This document shows positions 1 through 8,628 of a DNA stretch of 27,003 bases, one piece after another. Below the pieces are notes generated by a model that was not told where the DNA came from, searched no databases, and saw only the letters and a program-made list of their open reading frames with translations. A program made the position numbers and the translations under genes. Numbering within the stretch: position 1 is the first letter of the stretch; each line of letters begins with the position of its first letter. Location of the stretch: the IMG/VR virus record IMGVR_UViG_3300016471_000484, positions 1 through 27,003 of that record. One strand, given 5' to 3'. This stretch comes from a virus. Its lineage: Duplodnaviria; Caudoviricetes.

Positions 1-874
1 CCTCCGCATAAATCGTCCCCTCACTCTGCCCTATCAACGCACTCGCAGAAGTCCTTGTAATCACCTCCGCACCACGGGTGATGGCTTGGGTTGTGGTGGG
101 GATGACAGATGTAGCAACTGTTCCTCGCTCCATCTGCGGATAACCGATGCGGATGGTGAAGTCGTAGGGTTGTCCATTGAACACAGTGATAAGTAAACTC
201 GGATGAACAAAAGCGACCGTTGCTTGATTTAAGACCCTTGTGAAAGAAAACCTATTGAAAGAAGTTGTTGATATAGAAAGAGCCGCGCCTTGAAAAACAC
301 CCAAAAATCCACCACCTGAATTAAACTCCCTCATTGCAAGAGTATAACTAACGGGTGGATTAGGTTGAGCCACTATTTGCAAATAGCAACTCGCAACCCA
401 ATCCTGACCAACCAATGCCGCAATAATGTTGCTTGCATCCCAAAATACATCGTGATACGTATTGTTTGCAGTCCCCGAAATCCTTATATCCACATAAGGA
501 ATGCCGTTCAAAGTTCCCGTAGCAACGCTTTGCCTTGCAAGCCCTGAACCAGAATTGCTCCAATTTGTAGGCAAAGTGCCAGGCGAACCCGCGACCGCCC
601 CAACCATTGAATTATTACGAATGCCGTTGGTAGCAGCAGGCTCTACAAGCAACGCAGGGCAACCATTCACCGCTCCCCCCAACGGATAGTCAAGGCGAGG
701 CACATTGTCGTTCACAAGTTCAATGTTTCCGAGAGAGTTAATCCTCGTAGAACGATTCGCAACGGTCGTGGTACGAGTAACGGTGAAATCGCCATCTCCG
801 TTTTCGGGGATTTGGGAGTATAGCGTCCCTGCCTTAATACGATAAGGAATGTTTAGTAAAGACGGAGTTGACAT
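1..874 (-). CDS. Virion spike/fibre protein, paralog 2 (3'-truncated by window edge, >=291 aa; absent from ORF track)
   Basis: ATG at 874, 2 nt after the stop of 877..2148, open to position 1. Manual translation MSTPSLLNIPYRIKAGTLYSQIPENGDGDFTVTR...NVPRLDYPLGGAVNGCPALLVEPAATN...PQMERGTVATSVIPTTTQAITRGAEV...LIGQSEGTIYAE is a clear paralog of 877..2148. Confidence 0.9.
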   Translation of the reverse strand, partial: MSTPSLLNIPYRIKAGTLYSQIPENGDGDFTVTRTTTVANRSTRINSLGNIELVNDNVPRLDYPLGGAVNGCPALLVEPAATNGIRNNSMVGAVAGSPGTLPTNWSNSGSGLARQSVATGTLNGIPYVDIRISGTANNTYHDVFWDASNIIAALVGQDWVASCYLQIVAQPNPPVSYTLAMREFNSGGGFLGVFQGAALSISTTSFNRFSFTRVLNQATVAFVHPSLLITVFNGQPYDFTIRIGYPQMERGTVATSVIPTTTQAITRGAEVITRTSASALIGQSEGTIYAE

Positions 875-876
875 AA

Positions 877-2148
877 TTATTGCGTTAGAGATTGGAGTTG
901 AGCGTTCGTAAGCCTTGTGGTGTAGAGGGCGGCGGCACGGATGCGGTCGTTCAAAAAATCTGTACCAAACCCGTTATTACCTAATATAACTGCATTTGTT
1001 GCAGGTACAGGGCGAGTGGTAGTGCTTGCATAAATTGTGCCATTAATAGCAAAAACGTAATCATCTGCTTTGTACGCAAGCGATATTTTTAAGATACCAC
1101 TTGAAGGTATTGCTGGAATGGTTACGTTATAATCACTACTTGTGCCAGCAACGACAATTCTTGCAGTTATAATTGTTGTTGCATTTATGCGAATAGCAAT
1201 CCTGTTGTTTGGTGTTCCGTCAGTTATGGAAATGATTGTTTTTGTCGTAGCAATGGACGAATATGCCACCTCCGCATAAATCGTCCCCTCGGTCTGCCCA
1301 ATCAAACTGCTCACTGCCGTCTTGCTTACAACATCCGCTCCCCGCGTGACTGCCGCTGTGGTGGTGGGGATGTAGGAGGTGGCAACAGGGCTTGCTTCAA
1401 GTTGTGCGCCCCAAGCATAGAAGGAACGAGCCGTTGCCGAGCCAACGTGAGCGGTTTGAAAACCTCCCGCATTGCCACCCGCAGAACCAACTGTGAAAGT
1501 CATTGAAACCCTATACCACCCGTTGCCGTAATTCTCAATACGACCCGTTGCAGTACCTGAAAAGCCCGTACCCGCAGTCCCTCCGATAGTATAAGTCGCA
1601 GTACCTGCCGCAAGGTCAATAGTGGCTGTGGCAAGAAAATTATTTGGGGCAGTTAAAAAATTGTTAAACCGCATATTAAATAGTTCCCCTGCGGTTAATG
1701 CGATGTTTTTGTAAAAACAACTTATTGTATAAGTCGTTGAATTAGCGACCGTTATTGTTTGACTGACCCGCGAATCATTAACCGCTGCAAGGTTAATCGT
1801 GTCTGCATTTTGTGTGCCATCGGGGGAAATTGCTGTATTCGGATTTACCGTTGCCGAGCTTAGAGCAAGCCAAGTCGTGTTAAAATCCGAACTCTGCAAG
1901 CAAGTGTTCTGCGCACTCGGCTCAACCAAAAGCGCAGGACACCCTGCTGTAATGCCTCCCAAAGGATAATCCAAACGAGGCACGTTGTCAAGCACGGTTT
2001 CAATACGACCCGCAGAATTGACCCTCGTAGCAGCATTGCTCGCAGAACGAGTAACGGTGAAATCTCCCAAACCCGAATCGGGGATTTGAGAGTATAACGT
2101 GCTTGTCTTAAAGCGATAAGGAACGCAAAGAAGAGATGGATTGGACAT
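877..2148 (-). CDS. Virion spike/fibre protein, paralog 1 (carbohydrate-binding-like middle domain, ConA/LamG-like C-terminal domain)
   Basis: 423 aa, Thr/Ala-rich beta protein; motifs DFTVTR..ATRVN, PRLDY..CPALLVEP, YGNGWYR, WGAQLE..ATSYIPT and C-terminal IRAAALYTTRLTNAQLQSL as recalled for phage head-spike/LamG-type proteins. Confidence 0.7.
   Translation of the reverse strand: MSNPSLLCVPYRFKTSTLYSQIPDSGLGDFTVTRSASNAATRVNSAGRIETVLDNVPRLDYPLGGITAGCPALLVEPSAQNTCLQSSDFNTTWLALSSATVNPNTAISPDGTQNADTINLAAVNDSRVSQTITVANSTTYTISCFYKNIALTAGELFNMRFNNFLTAPNNFLATATIDLAAGTATYTIGGTAGTGFSGTATGRIENYGNGWYRVSMTFTVGSAGGNAGGFQTAHVGSATARSFYAWGAQLEASPVATSYIPTTTAAVTRGADVVSKTAVSSLIGQTEGTIYAEVAYSSIATTKTIISITDGTPNNRIAIRINATTIITARIVVAGTSSDYNVTIPAIPSSGILKISLAYKADDYVFAINGTIYASTTTRPVPATNAVILGNNGFGTDFLNDRIRAAALYTTRLTNAQLQSLTQ
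1269..1290. repeat. 22-bp exact direct repeat CCTCCGCATAAATCGTCCCCTC (other copy at 1..22)
   Basis: Identical in both spike paralogs including all wobble positions; encodes EGTIYAE. Confidence 0.9.
2047..2064. repeat. 18-bp exact direct repeat ACGAGTAACGGTGAAATC (other copy at 773..790)
   Basis: Identical in both spike paralogs; encodes DFTVTR. Confidence 0.85.
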
Positions 2149-2669
2149 CAGGTGTTCGGGTTCAAAGGTGAAAATCTCGCAAGGATGCAGTTGTATGCGC
2201 TGACCTCCTTAGCAGTCGCTAAGTCAGTATCGCAACGAAGGTTGAAGTACCAAAAGTCAGCGTAGTCCTCGTCAGCAGTCGGCACAAGCGGAGGGCCAGA
2301 CATCCGATAACGGAAACCCCGACCACAAGAACTTTCCAACTCAGGAGCAAACGCTCCATTCGCTTTAGCACGGGCCAAAAAGTTCGCCCATATCTCAAAC
2401 CAAAAGAGCTGATTCACCATCACCCCTTGCAAGGAGGCCAAGAAAGCCGAAGCACTACTGCCCAAAGCCACAAGGTCGGCATTGGACACAAAGAGCGTAT
2501 CGCCCGTAAATCCGTGCGTGTAAATGTAAATCTTTACGTCCGTGCCATTTGGGTCAAGCTCAAAGGCTATCAAGTGAGCATACGAAACATAAAAGGTCTG
2601 AGCATTACCATAAGTCAAAGTCAGTAACTTATCTCCAAACGAGAACGATGTAAGACGAGCTAAAGCCAT
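2148..2669 (-). CDS. Hypothetical virion protein, possible spike adaptor
   Basis: 173 aa; TGATG overlap with the downstream spike gene; two copies of an F..R...[ND].A...E....C motif in the C-terminal half. Confidence 0.6.
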   Translation of the reverse strand: MALARLTSFSFGDKLLTLTYGNAQTFYVSYAHLIAFELDPNGTDVKIYIYTHGFTGDTLFVSNADLVALGSSASAFLASLQGVMVNQLFWFEIWANFLARAKANGAFAPELESSCGRGFRYRMSGPPLVPTADEDYADFWYFNLRCDTDLATAKEVSAYNCILARFSPLNPNT

Positions 2670-2670
2670 A

Positions 2671-3246
2671 TCAACTTATTTTTTCAATAATGACGTTAAT
2701 TTTGCCCAAAGTTACAGAGTCATTTGAGGTGGAGTTCTTCACATAAACCGTTAGCGTATTGCCCGAAGAAAGGTTCAACAAGCATTGGGAATAGATGTTG
2801 GAGTCCTTGCCGCCCGAACGCATCACATTGGATTGCTCCGACTTGGTTTGCACATTGCCATTCAACGCAATAGCGATATGCACCTCATCGTTGTTTGAAC
2901 CAGCGAGAGATGAATTGACCTCAACACGAAAGTCTGCCGCAGAACCCGTGTAGGTAACAACTCCTTGGGCGTTCACCGATAATCCATTGGAAGAATTAAC
3001 GCCAACGGTGGCAGCGGTTACATTCAACGCCTCAAAAACACCTTGCGAAGCAATGGGGCTTACAGGGCTTCCCGTGACCTGATACCACTCCAAGTAACAA
3101 GGCTGAAAAAACGTACCATACCTCGCATCTAATTGCGAAATATCAATGCGCTTGGCCGAGGTCAAAGACGTATCGTCAACCGCCAATTTGAGCGTGGAAG
3201 TAATTGAAGCCTGTGCATCTAACTCCCTAATTCTTTTGCGTGCCAT
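2671..3246 (-). CDS. Putative decoration/fibre protein with C1q/BclA-like C-terminal beta domain
   Basis: 191 aa in structural operon; C-terminal LLNLSSGNTLTVYVKN pattern resembles TNF/C1q-type jelly rolls; fold call is by eye. Confidence 0.5.
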   Translation of the reverse strand: MARKRIRELDAQASITSTLKLAVDDTSLTSAKRIDISQLDARYGTFFQPCYLEWYQVTGSPVSPIASQGVFEALNVTAATVGVNSSNGLSVNAQGVVTYTGSAADFRVEVNSSLAGSNNDEVHIAIALNGNVQTKSEQSNVMRSGGKDSNIYSQCLLNLSSGNTLTVYVKNSTSNDSVTLGKINVIIEKIS

Positions 3247-3247
3247 A

Positions 3248-3877
3248 TCAATAGGTTAAAATGTTGTAATTTTCATAAGAGAAATCAAAGTCATCATCAA
3301 CGGCCAGGGTATTGTAATCGCAAGGCTCTTCGGTGTTCAAACAAGACGCATCGCCAATCACCTCAACCTCCAAGTCCAACGAAATCATATACAAAGCGGT
3401 ATCCCATACAACCTTCGCTCCCTCAAATTCATTCTCCAAATTATCCCTAATAGAGTAATTTGCAGAAATAGAAGTGACATCAATCGTTAAGGCTCCAACG
3501 CTTGAAGCCAAACCCTCGTACATACCGCTAATCTTGCTCTGCACCAAGGAGGCAACCTCATAAGGTCTCTTCGCTTTCCGCTTCCCGATAATCACCAAGG
3601 TCAAAGGATATATAATGCGAAGCAGGTCTTGGCATCCAATGTAATTCTTTTCATCCATTACCTCCGAACGCTCCCTACCACTATAACGAATGTAAGCAAC
3701 ACCCTCGTTCCAATCGTAATCGTTCACAACGTGCTTGTAATCACCGTTGCTGCAATAAATAACGGGAATAATCTTCGCATCTCTATCGGGCAACATTTCC
3801 GCAAACCCCGTGTGCCTTACGAGCTTGTAGGCATTCAAGCGAGTGAATATCTCGTCAATAACCTGAGTCGCTATCAT
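3248..3877 (-). CDS. Putative tail terminator / head-tail joining protein
   Basis: 209 aa, acidic C-terminus, third gene after the capsid, TAATG-coupled to the upstream gene; function from position only. Confidence 0.45.
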   Translation of the reverse strand: MIATQVIDEIFTRLNAYKLVRHTGFAEMLPDRDAKIIPVIYCSNGDYKHVVNDYDWNEGVAYIRYSGRERSEVMDEKNYIGCQDLLRIIYPLTLVIIGKRKAKRPYEVASLVQSKISGMYEGLASSVGALTIDVTSISANYSIRDNLENEFEGAKVVWDTALYMISLDLEVEVIGDASCLNTEEPCDYNTLAVDDDFDFSYENYNILTY

Positions 3878-4410
3878 TATTTCAGTCGGAATAGCCTGTT
3901 AGCAAATAACTTATCAAAAGTACGAACAAATATGCTATGCTCCGAAATAGAGAGCCTAAATATGTCTTTTCCCGTAAATCTTTCGGCAAATCTCGCTTTA
4001 TCGATATTAATACTACCATCGGGGCCAGCCTTGGTCGTAATCTCCGAAACAAAGTTCGGGCCACCAAACATAAAGGGAGAACCCTCGCTTCGCTTACGCA
4101 ATATCTTGAACTCATTCCTCAATGTACCCGTAAACTTCAAGTCCCATTCACTTGTCTGCAACCCATATCTTTTTCTTAACTCTATGTAAGGAACAAAATC
4201 ACCACGCCTATAATCTTTTTTCTCGTATCGTGAATAACTCTTTTCCATTATACTCATATCGGTGGCAAGGTGCTTATCGTGGATCCTGCTCACTATACCT
4301 TCCTTGCCGTTATGGGCCTCCTCTGCCGCTCCCTTCAAGGCATACAATCTCGCTTCGGGCAAACGACTAACCTGTCCCTCTAACTTGCGGATATAGTCTT
4401 GAATGGTCAT
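3877..4410 (-). CDS. Putative neck / tail-completion protein
   Basis: 177 aa basic protein with DLKFTGTLRN resembling the DTG.LR motif of HK97 gp10-like / virion morphogenesis proteins; position after connector. Confidence 0.5.
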   Translation of the reverse strand: MTIQDYIRKLEGQVSRLPEARLYALKGAAEEAHNGKEGIVSRIHDKHLATDMSIMEKSYSRYEKKDYRRGDFVPYIELRKRYGLQTSEWDLKFTGTLRNEFKILRKRSEGSPFMFGGPNFVSEITTKAGPDGSINIDKARFAERFTGKDIFRLSISEHSIFVRTFDKLFANRLFRLK

Positions 4411-4412
4411 TG

Positions 4413-5420
4413 CTATGGAATGCGAGAGGCTTGTCTAATCCTCTTCCGACACGAAAAACAGCCATCCTCGGGCAAGTTCGCTTGCTCGAAGTACCGCTTC
4501 ATGTATTGGTCGTATTGAGCTTGGTAATACCCCGAAAGCTCTTGGTTCATATCCCGATTAAAGACAATCACCCCATTCAGCCTCTTAGAAAACTCCATCT
4601 CCTTCAACAGCAACATCCCCGCCTTGTAAAGCAAGGGATACCCTAATTGCGTAATGTGAGCGCACAAAAGAGAATCAAAACTGCAAGCAACCTGATACTG
4701 AACGCTCAATCCTCCCGTGAATCCTCCGCCCCTTATATTTAGGTCAAGCAAGGGCGAACTCGTGGGTATCTCAATAGCCCTCTCCAACATATTCTCCGTC
4801 CACCGATAGTTCCTACTGCACCCACCACATCCATAGGTCGGATACAAGCCCGTTTGAAACGAAGCTACCGAAGTCGCATTGTAAAGCACCGCTAAATTCA
4901 ACATCTGCCCATTGGACTGGTATGTCTTGTTAATCACAACCCTCGTAACCGCATTGGCTACCGAAGTGATATTGAAGGTGTCCAAAGTCGCTCCCGTTCT
5001 CAAATCCACAACCCTTACAGGCACAACACCCGAACTCGGAAGCAACAAGCTGATAGAAGAAATCGTCACCGAAATGTAATCCACTTGCCGATACCTCATC
5101 CCAATACCCCTCCAAACCGCAGCAGCGGGTAACGATTCAAGCGACTCACCATAAAAGCCCAAATCGCCATTAAAAGCCGAAGTCGTGTAATTCCAACGGC
5201 TCTGCAAGTAAGCCAAAGACTCGGCTTTCAGCATATTGGCCGCTTGGTCAATCTTGCGCTCAATAAGCGTATAGGCGGTCTTGTCCTCCTCGTCCACGCC
5301 AGAATCAAGGTCTCGAAGACCTATTCCCGTTAGGTCGTTAATATACAGGCCACTAATGGGCGGTGTACCCGCAGAGCAAAGTCCACGAATACCAATTAAA
5401 TTATCCCAACAATTACTCAT
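4413..5420 (-). CDS. Putative head-tail connector/adaptor (Cys-rich)
   Basis: 335 aa from ATG 5420 (MSNCWDNLIGIRGLC); the track start at 5474 runs through a terminator; directly follows the major capsid; CGGC and CFSC motifs. Confidence 0.55.
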   Translation of the reverse strand: MSNCWDNLIGIRGLCSAGTPPISGLYINDLTGIGLRDLDSGVDEEDKTAYTLIERKIDQAANMLKAESLAYLQSRWNYTTSAFNGDLGFYGESLESLPAAAVWRGIGMRYRQVDYISVTISSISLLLPSSGVVPVRVVDLRTGATLDTFNITSVANAVTRVVINKTYQSNGQMLNLAVLYNATSVASFQTGLYPTYGCGGCSRNYRWTENMLERAIEIPTSSPLLDLNIRGGGFTGGLSVQYQVACSFDSLLCAHITQLGYPLLYKAGMLLLKEMEFSKRLNGVIVFNRDMNQELSGYYQAQYDQYMKRYFEQANLPEDGCFSCRKRIRQASRIP

Positions 5421-5424
5421 ATCG

Positions 5425-5432
5425 CAAAGGTA
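5425..5432 (-). promoter_or_regulatory. Bacteroidota sigma-A -7 element TACCTTTG, 4 nt before ATG (probable leaderless transcript)
   Basis: Matches TAnnTTTG; followed by CGAT-ATG. Confidence 0.7.
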
Positions 5433-5436
5433 AAAC

Positions 5437-5464
5437 AAAAAAGGGGATGCTTTCGCACCCCCTT
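5437..5464 (-). terminator. Intrinsic terminator after major capsid gene
   Basis: AAGGGGGTGC-GAAA-GCATCCCCTT followed by a T-tract. Confidence 0.9.
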
Positions 5465-5487
5465 CTTGTCGCATACAACCCGAAGGA

Positions 5488-6543
5488 TTAGTTGTTCACA
5501 GTACCTTCAAAGATGTAGTTCACGCCACGGAGCTGATCGTTCAAGAAGAACACATCAGAAGGCAGCGTTACAAACTTGTAGGAAAGGCCAATGAAGAATT
5601 TCCATTGGTTACAATCCAATTGAGCATAGTAATCAAATTCCAAGCCGGTCTCTGGGTCGGAAATCGTACCCTTCTTAATGGATTGGTCATCAATTACACG
5701 GATGCCGTTAGCACCACGGAAGGCGTTGTAACGAATCATCTGCACACCACCTGGAGCAATGAACGCAAAGCCGTTTGAATTGCCCTGAGCGGCACCAATG
5801 CGAGGCTCGAAGAAGAAATACGACTGAGCATCGGAGTTCATCATCGCTTGAAGGTCAACGTTTACCGTTGCACAGCAATGAGATTTCAATGCGGTCATGT
5901 ACTTCTGAACAAGCTCACCACCGATGATGATGGGGCGATCCCAAGCCTCGGCCAACTGATACTGATAGACAACATCGGACAAGAAGTCATCCAAGAACAC
6001 ACCAGTGGTGGTGTTTTTGGTTTTGGTGACTAATTGAGTACCCGAAGGAACGGTGCTACCAGGATTGGCAGCAAACGAACCATTGTTAGTGGCAATGAAA
6101 GTAACAGCCTCTTGGTTCATAAACCTTTTGATAGCCTGCATCTGCATAGCTAATTGGCGAGCGATATAGGTCTCATCGTTTTCGCAACGAGGAGCCAAAT
6201 CATCAAGACCAATAGACCATCTGCGAGATGCGCCTACATTGGGGTCAATGTTGTAAACCCGTGAGGTTTCACCATACTCGGCTCCAGCGGCACAGTTCAA
6301 AGTCGCAGAGACAGAGGTGGCATCAGTCATTCGAGGCTGATACACGACCTCCACTTGGCGGTAATGACCGTTCTTGGAGTCAATCTGGTTTTGCAGAATA
6401 CCCGATTCGTTCATTGGGCTTGTAACCGCACGAAGGGTATTAATGTGTCCAGGGAACATCGTTGGGTCGGCATTGAAGTAACCGGCATCCAAGCGCTCCT
6501 GAATATTAGGACACGATACGAAGGATGAAAAAGCGTATGACAT
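5488..6543 (-). CDS. Major capsid protein (HK97-fold, putative)
   Basis: 351 aa, follows the scaffold gene, long AT-rich leader, strong terminator downstream. Confidence 0.8.
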   Translation of the reverse strand: MSYAFSSFVSCPNIQERLDAGYFNADPTMFPGHINTLRAVTSPMNESGILQNQIDSKNGHYRQVEVVYQPRMTDATSVSATLNCAAGAEYGETSRVYNIDPNVGASRRWSIGLDDLAPRCENDETYIARQLAMQMQAIKRFMNQEAVTFIATNNGSFAANPGSTVPSGTQLVTKTKNTTTGVFLDDFLSDVVYQYQLAEAWDRPIIIGGELVQKYMTALKSHCCATVNVDLQAMMNSDAQSYFFFEPRIGAAQGNSNGFAFIAPGGVQMIRYNAFRGANGIRVIDDQSIKKGTISDPETGLEFDYYAQLDCNQWKFFIGLSYKFVTLPSDVFFLNDQLRGVNYIFEGTVNN

Positions 6544-6566
6544 TTTGTAAAAATGAAATAAAGATT

Positions 6567-6620
6567 TGTCGGCTATTTCTTGCCAAGCCAGGCACTATGG
6601 AGCTTATTGTCCTCCCGACA
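6567..6620 (-). promoter_or_regulatory. Candidate structured RNA (three-way junction) in capsid leader
   Basis: TGTCGG/CCGACA closing stem enclosing GAG..CTC and TGCC..GGCA hairpins. Confidence 0.35.
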
Positions 6621-6622
6621 CA

Positions 6623-7438
6623 TCATCGTGCGTTTAATTCTTCTCTATGCTTTACGGCCCTTGGGTGAAGGAAACGCTCACCACGAGTGCCCTCTTTGTT
6701 GGAGGTTGAAGTGCGAATTGGAGGCGTGTCTTGCCTACCAGCATCTCCTGCTTTCTTGAGCATTTGAGCCTTTTCAGCCTCACTCCTTACCAATTCTTCG
6801 GGCGAAAGATACGCAGTACCCTTATCATTTTTGATTTGGTTGCCCTGCCTATCCGTTACCATCAGCTTCCCGTCCGACAATGCAAAGATATACTTCTCGT
6901 TTAATTCTATGTCAAATCCTTTCTTCGCAAGAGAATTAACCGAATCGCTCCAAGGGATATTGGCCTTAATCTTCATAACCTCTTGGGTTACAATGTAATT
7001 GTCAATAGCCTTCTGCGACTCCACCTCCTTCTGCTCCAACTTCTGCGTCAGCTCCCCTGCCAAAGTTTCGTACTCGCCCTTCTGTCTTTTCAGCTCGGCA
7101 AGTTGTGCCTTGTACGCCTCATCATCCTTTCCCGTGTTTTGGGCTTGAACTTTCAGCTCATCCACTTGAGCTTGAATGCGCTGTTGAGCAACCTCAAACA
7201 AATCCGATAACTTCTTGCCCTTCACATCATCCTCGGTTAGGTTGAAGGCACGCTTGAACTTGGTTTCAAGGCTTCCGAGTGTCTTGCCCGTTACCTTGTT
7301 GCGAATGTCCTCGTCATCAACGGCTACTTCACGAGCAACATACTTCTTCGCAAGCTCCTCCTTGAATTGGTCAAGGCTCTCAAACTCTTTCTCTTGGTCA
7401 AACAGCCATTTGGCCATCTCTTTTGAATCTATACTCAT
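6623..7438 (-). CDS. Capsid scaffolding protein
   Basis: 271 aa, E/K/Q-rich coiled-coil, immediately upstream of the capsid gene. Confidence 0.75.
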   Translation of the reverse strand: MSIDSKEMAKWLFDQEKEFESLDQFKEELAKKYVAREVAVDDEDIRNKVTGKTLGSLETKFKRAFNLTEDDVKGKKLSDLFEVAQQRIQAQVDELKVQAQNTGKDDEAYKAQLAELKRQKGEYETLAGELTQKLEQKEVESQKAIDNYIVTQEVMKIKANIPWSDSVNSLAKKGFDIELNEKYIFALSDGKLMVTDRQGNQIKNDKGTAYLSPEELVRSEAEKAQMLKKAGDAGRQDTPPIRTSTSNKEGTRGERFLHPRAVKHREELNAR

Positions 7439-7776
7439 TTTCTACGGGTTTTAGTGGTTGTGGTTTCTTCGGTTGGAACTTCATCTTGCCCCTCTTCAAT
7501 TAGAGGAACTTCGGGCGTTGAATCCATAAGTTGTTGGTCAGAGACCGCAACGACAGGCTCATCCTCAACGGGTCTCAACATCGGTCTGCGCTTGGGAAGC
7601 TCCTCAATCGCATCAAAAGGCGCATCGGGAACTCTTGTCATCGCACTCTCATCAAGGATTCTCATACCGTACTTCTTTAAGAACTCGGTATTCCTCGCCA
7701 CTTCAATCGTTACACGGATCTGCTCGCCATCAGCCCTCAAAACAGGTACTACCCTGCCCGTTATTCTTTCATTCAT
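7435..7776 (-). CDS. Hypothetical protein, acidic low-complexity C-terminus with basic tip
   Basis: 113 aa; own promoter upstream; ATGA overlap with the scaffold gene. Confidence 0.75.
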   Translation of the reverse strand: MNERITGRVVPVLRADGEQIRVTIEVARNTEFLKKYGMRILDESAMTRVPDAPFDAIEELPKRRPMLRPVEDEPVVAVSDQQLMDSTPEVPLIEEGQDEVPTEETTTTKTRRK

Positions 7777-7796
7777 AGGTTTTTGGTTTTATGTTG

Positions 7797-7804
7797 CAAA
7801 TATA
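7797..7804 (-). promoter_or_regulatory. Bacteroidota -7 element TATATTTG driving scaffold/capsid operon
   Basis: TAnnTTTG in the intergenic gap followed by an A-rich leader. Confidence 0.75.
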
Positions 7805-7820
7805 AACAATAATGGTAATA

Positions 7821-8627
7821 TCAAGTTTGAGGCACAAGCCAATGTCTGCAACGATAGCCCCCCAAGTAAATAAAAATCGTGGATTCATTTGTTCCCACAA
7901 TCTTGCCTCTCCAATCGCCTAATCTGCCCCAGGAGCGCACTTCTTCCCTCGTGAATACCTTACCATCTCTTGCCACACAAAATGGCCGAGAATCGTTTAT
8001 TAAGCCTCCTGCGTACAAGTATTTCTTAATGCCCAAGGACTCGCCCATCGCAAAGGTGAAGGAGCGGTCAATGACCGCAAACATTGTGTCGGCCGTAAGC
8101 GTGGCTGTGTCAAAGAGCAACCCCTTTTTTCCACCACCCCCTTTCACGATTTGGGCAATGCCCTCCTCCAAAGCAGTGCGGGCAGAGCCAGAGGCAATGG
8201 ACGCAAGAATAAGATTTCTTAATGAACTCGAAAAACCCGAATTGAAGTTCGTTAGGTCTTCAAGCATAGAGGTCATTTGAGCCTCGTAGTCAATGCCCGA
8301 AATCGCATCGGGGTCAAGGCCCATTTTTCGGTACATCTCTCTCGTTAGTTCGGCCTGGGCGTCCACCTTGTCCGTTAAAAAGACCAAGGCATCAAAATAC
8401 TTGCTCCCTGCAACAATGTCATCAATTCCCCTCATAAACGCATCCACACGGGCGTAATTGGCCGTGTCAAACGAGATATTGCCATCCTTGTCGTAATCAA
8501 ACAAGGCAAGCAGGGCAATGATAAGAGGGAAAATTTCGTCTTGCGATTCCTCGACCTTCTTACCAAACTCCTCGCCAATCGTATCCAAGTTCTTTTGCTT
8601 CTTGGACTGAATTTGTTCTAAAGTCAT
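7821..8627 (-). CDS. Head morphogenesis / minor capsid protein (SPP1 gp7/MuF-like)
   Basis: 268 aa from ATG 8627 (MTLEQIQ), 1 nt after the portal stop; DSRPFC...GGYRCRH Cys/His motif; directly after portal. Confidence 0.75.
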   Translation of the reverse strand: MTLEQIQSKKQKNLDTIGEEFGKKVEESQDEIFPLIIALLALFDYDKDGNISFDTANYARVDAFMRGIDDIVAGSKYFDALVFLTDKVDAQAELTREMYRKMGLDPDAISGIDYEAQMTSMLEDLTNFNSGFSSSLRNLILASIASGSARTALEEGIAQIVKGGGGKKGLLFDTATLTADTMFAVIDRSFTFAMGESLGIKKYLYAGGLINDSRPFCVARDGKVFTREEVRSWGRLGDWRGKIVGTNESTIFIYLGGYRCRHWLVPQT

Positions 8628-8628
8628 A

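Noticed and set aside
360-689. Three short track ORFs at the left end
   Set aside because: All overlap the real minus-strand spike paralog 1..874, which the track missed because it lacks a stop within the window
2140-2180. Frameshift fusing the 173-aa protein to the spike gene
   Set aside because: Frames are -1 related but no canonical slippery heptamer is present; the TGATG overlap is explained by translational coupling
5421-5474. Upstream start codons in the ORF track (5474, 8675, 12616, 13305, 24397, 24564)
   Set aside because: The extensions cross a terminator or overlap upstream genes; downstream starts give clean stop-start overlaps or promoter-adjacent starts
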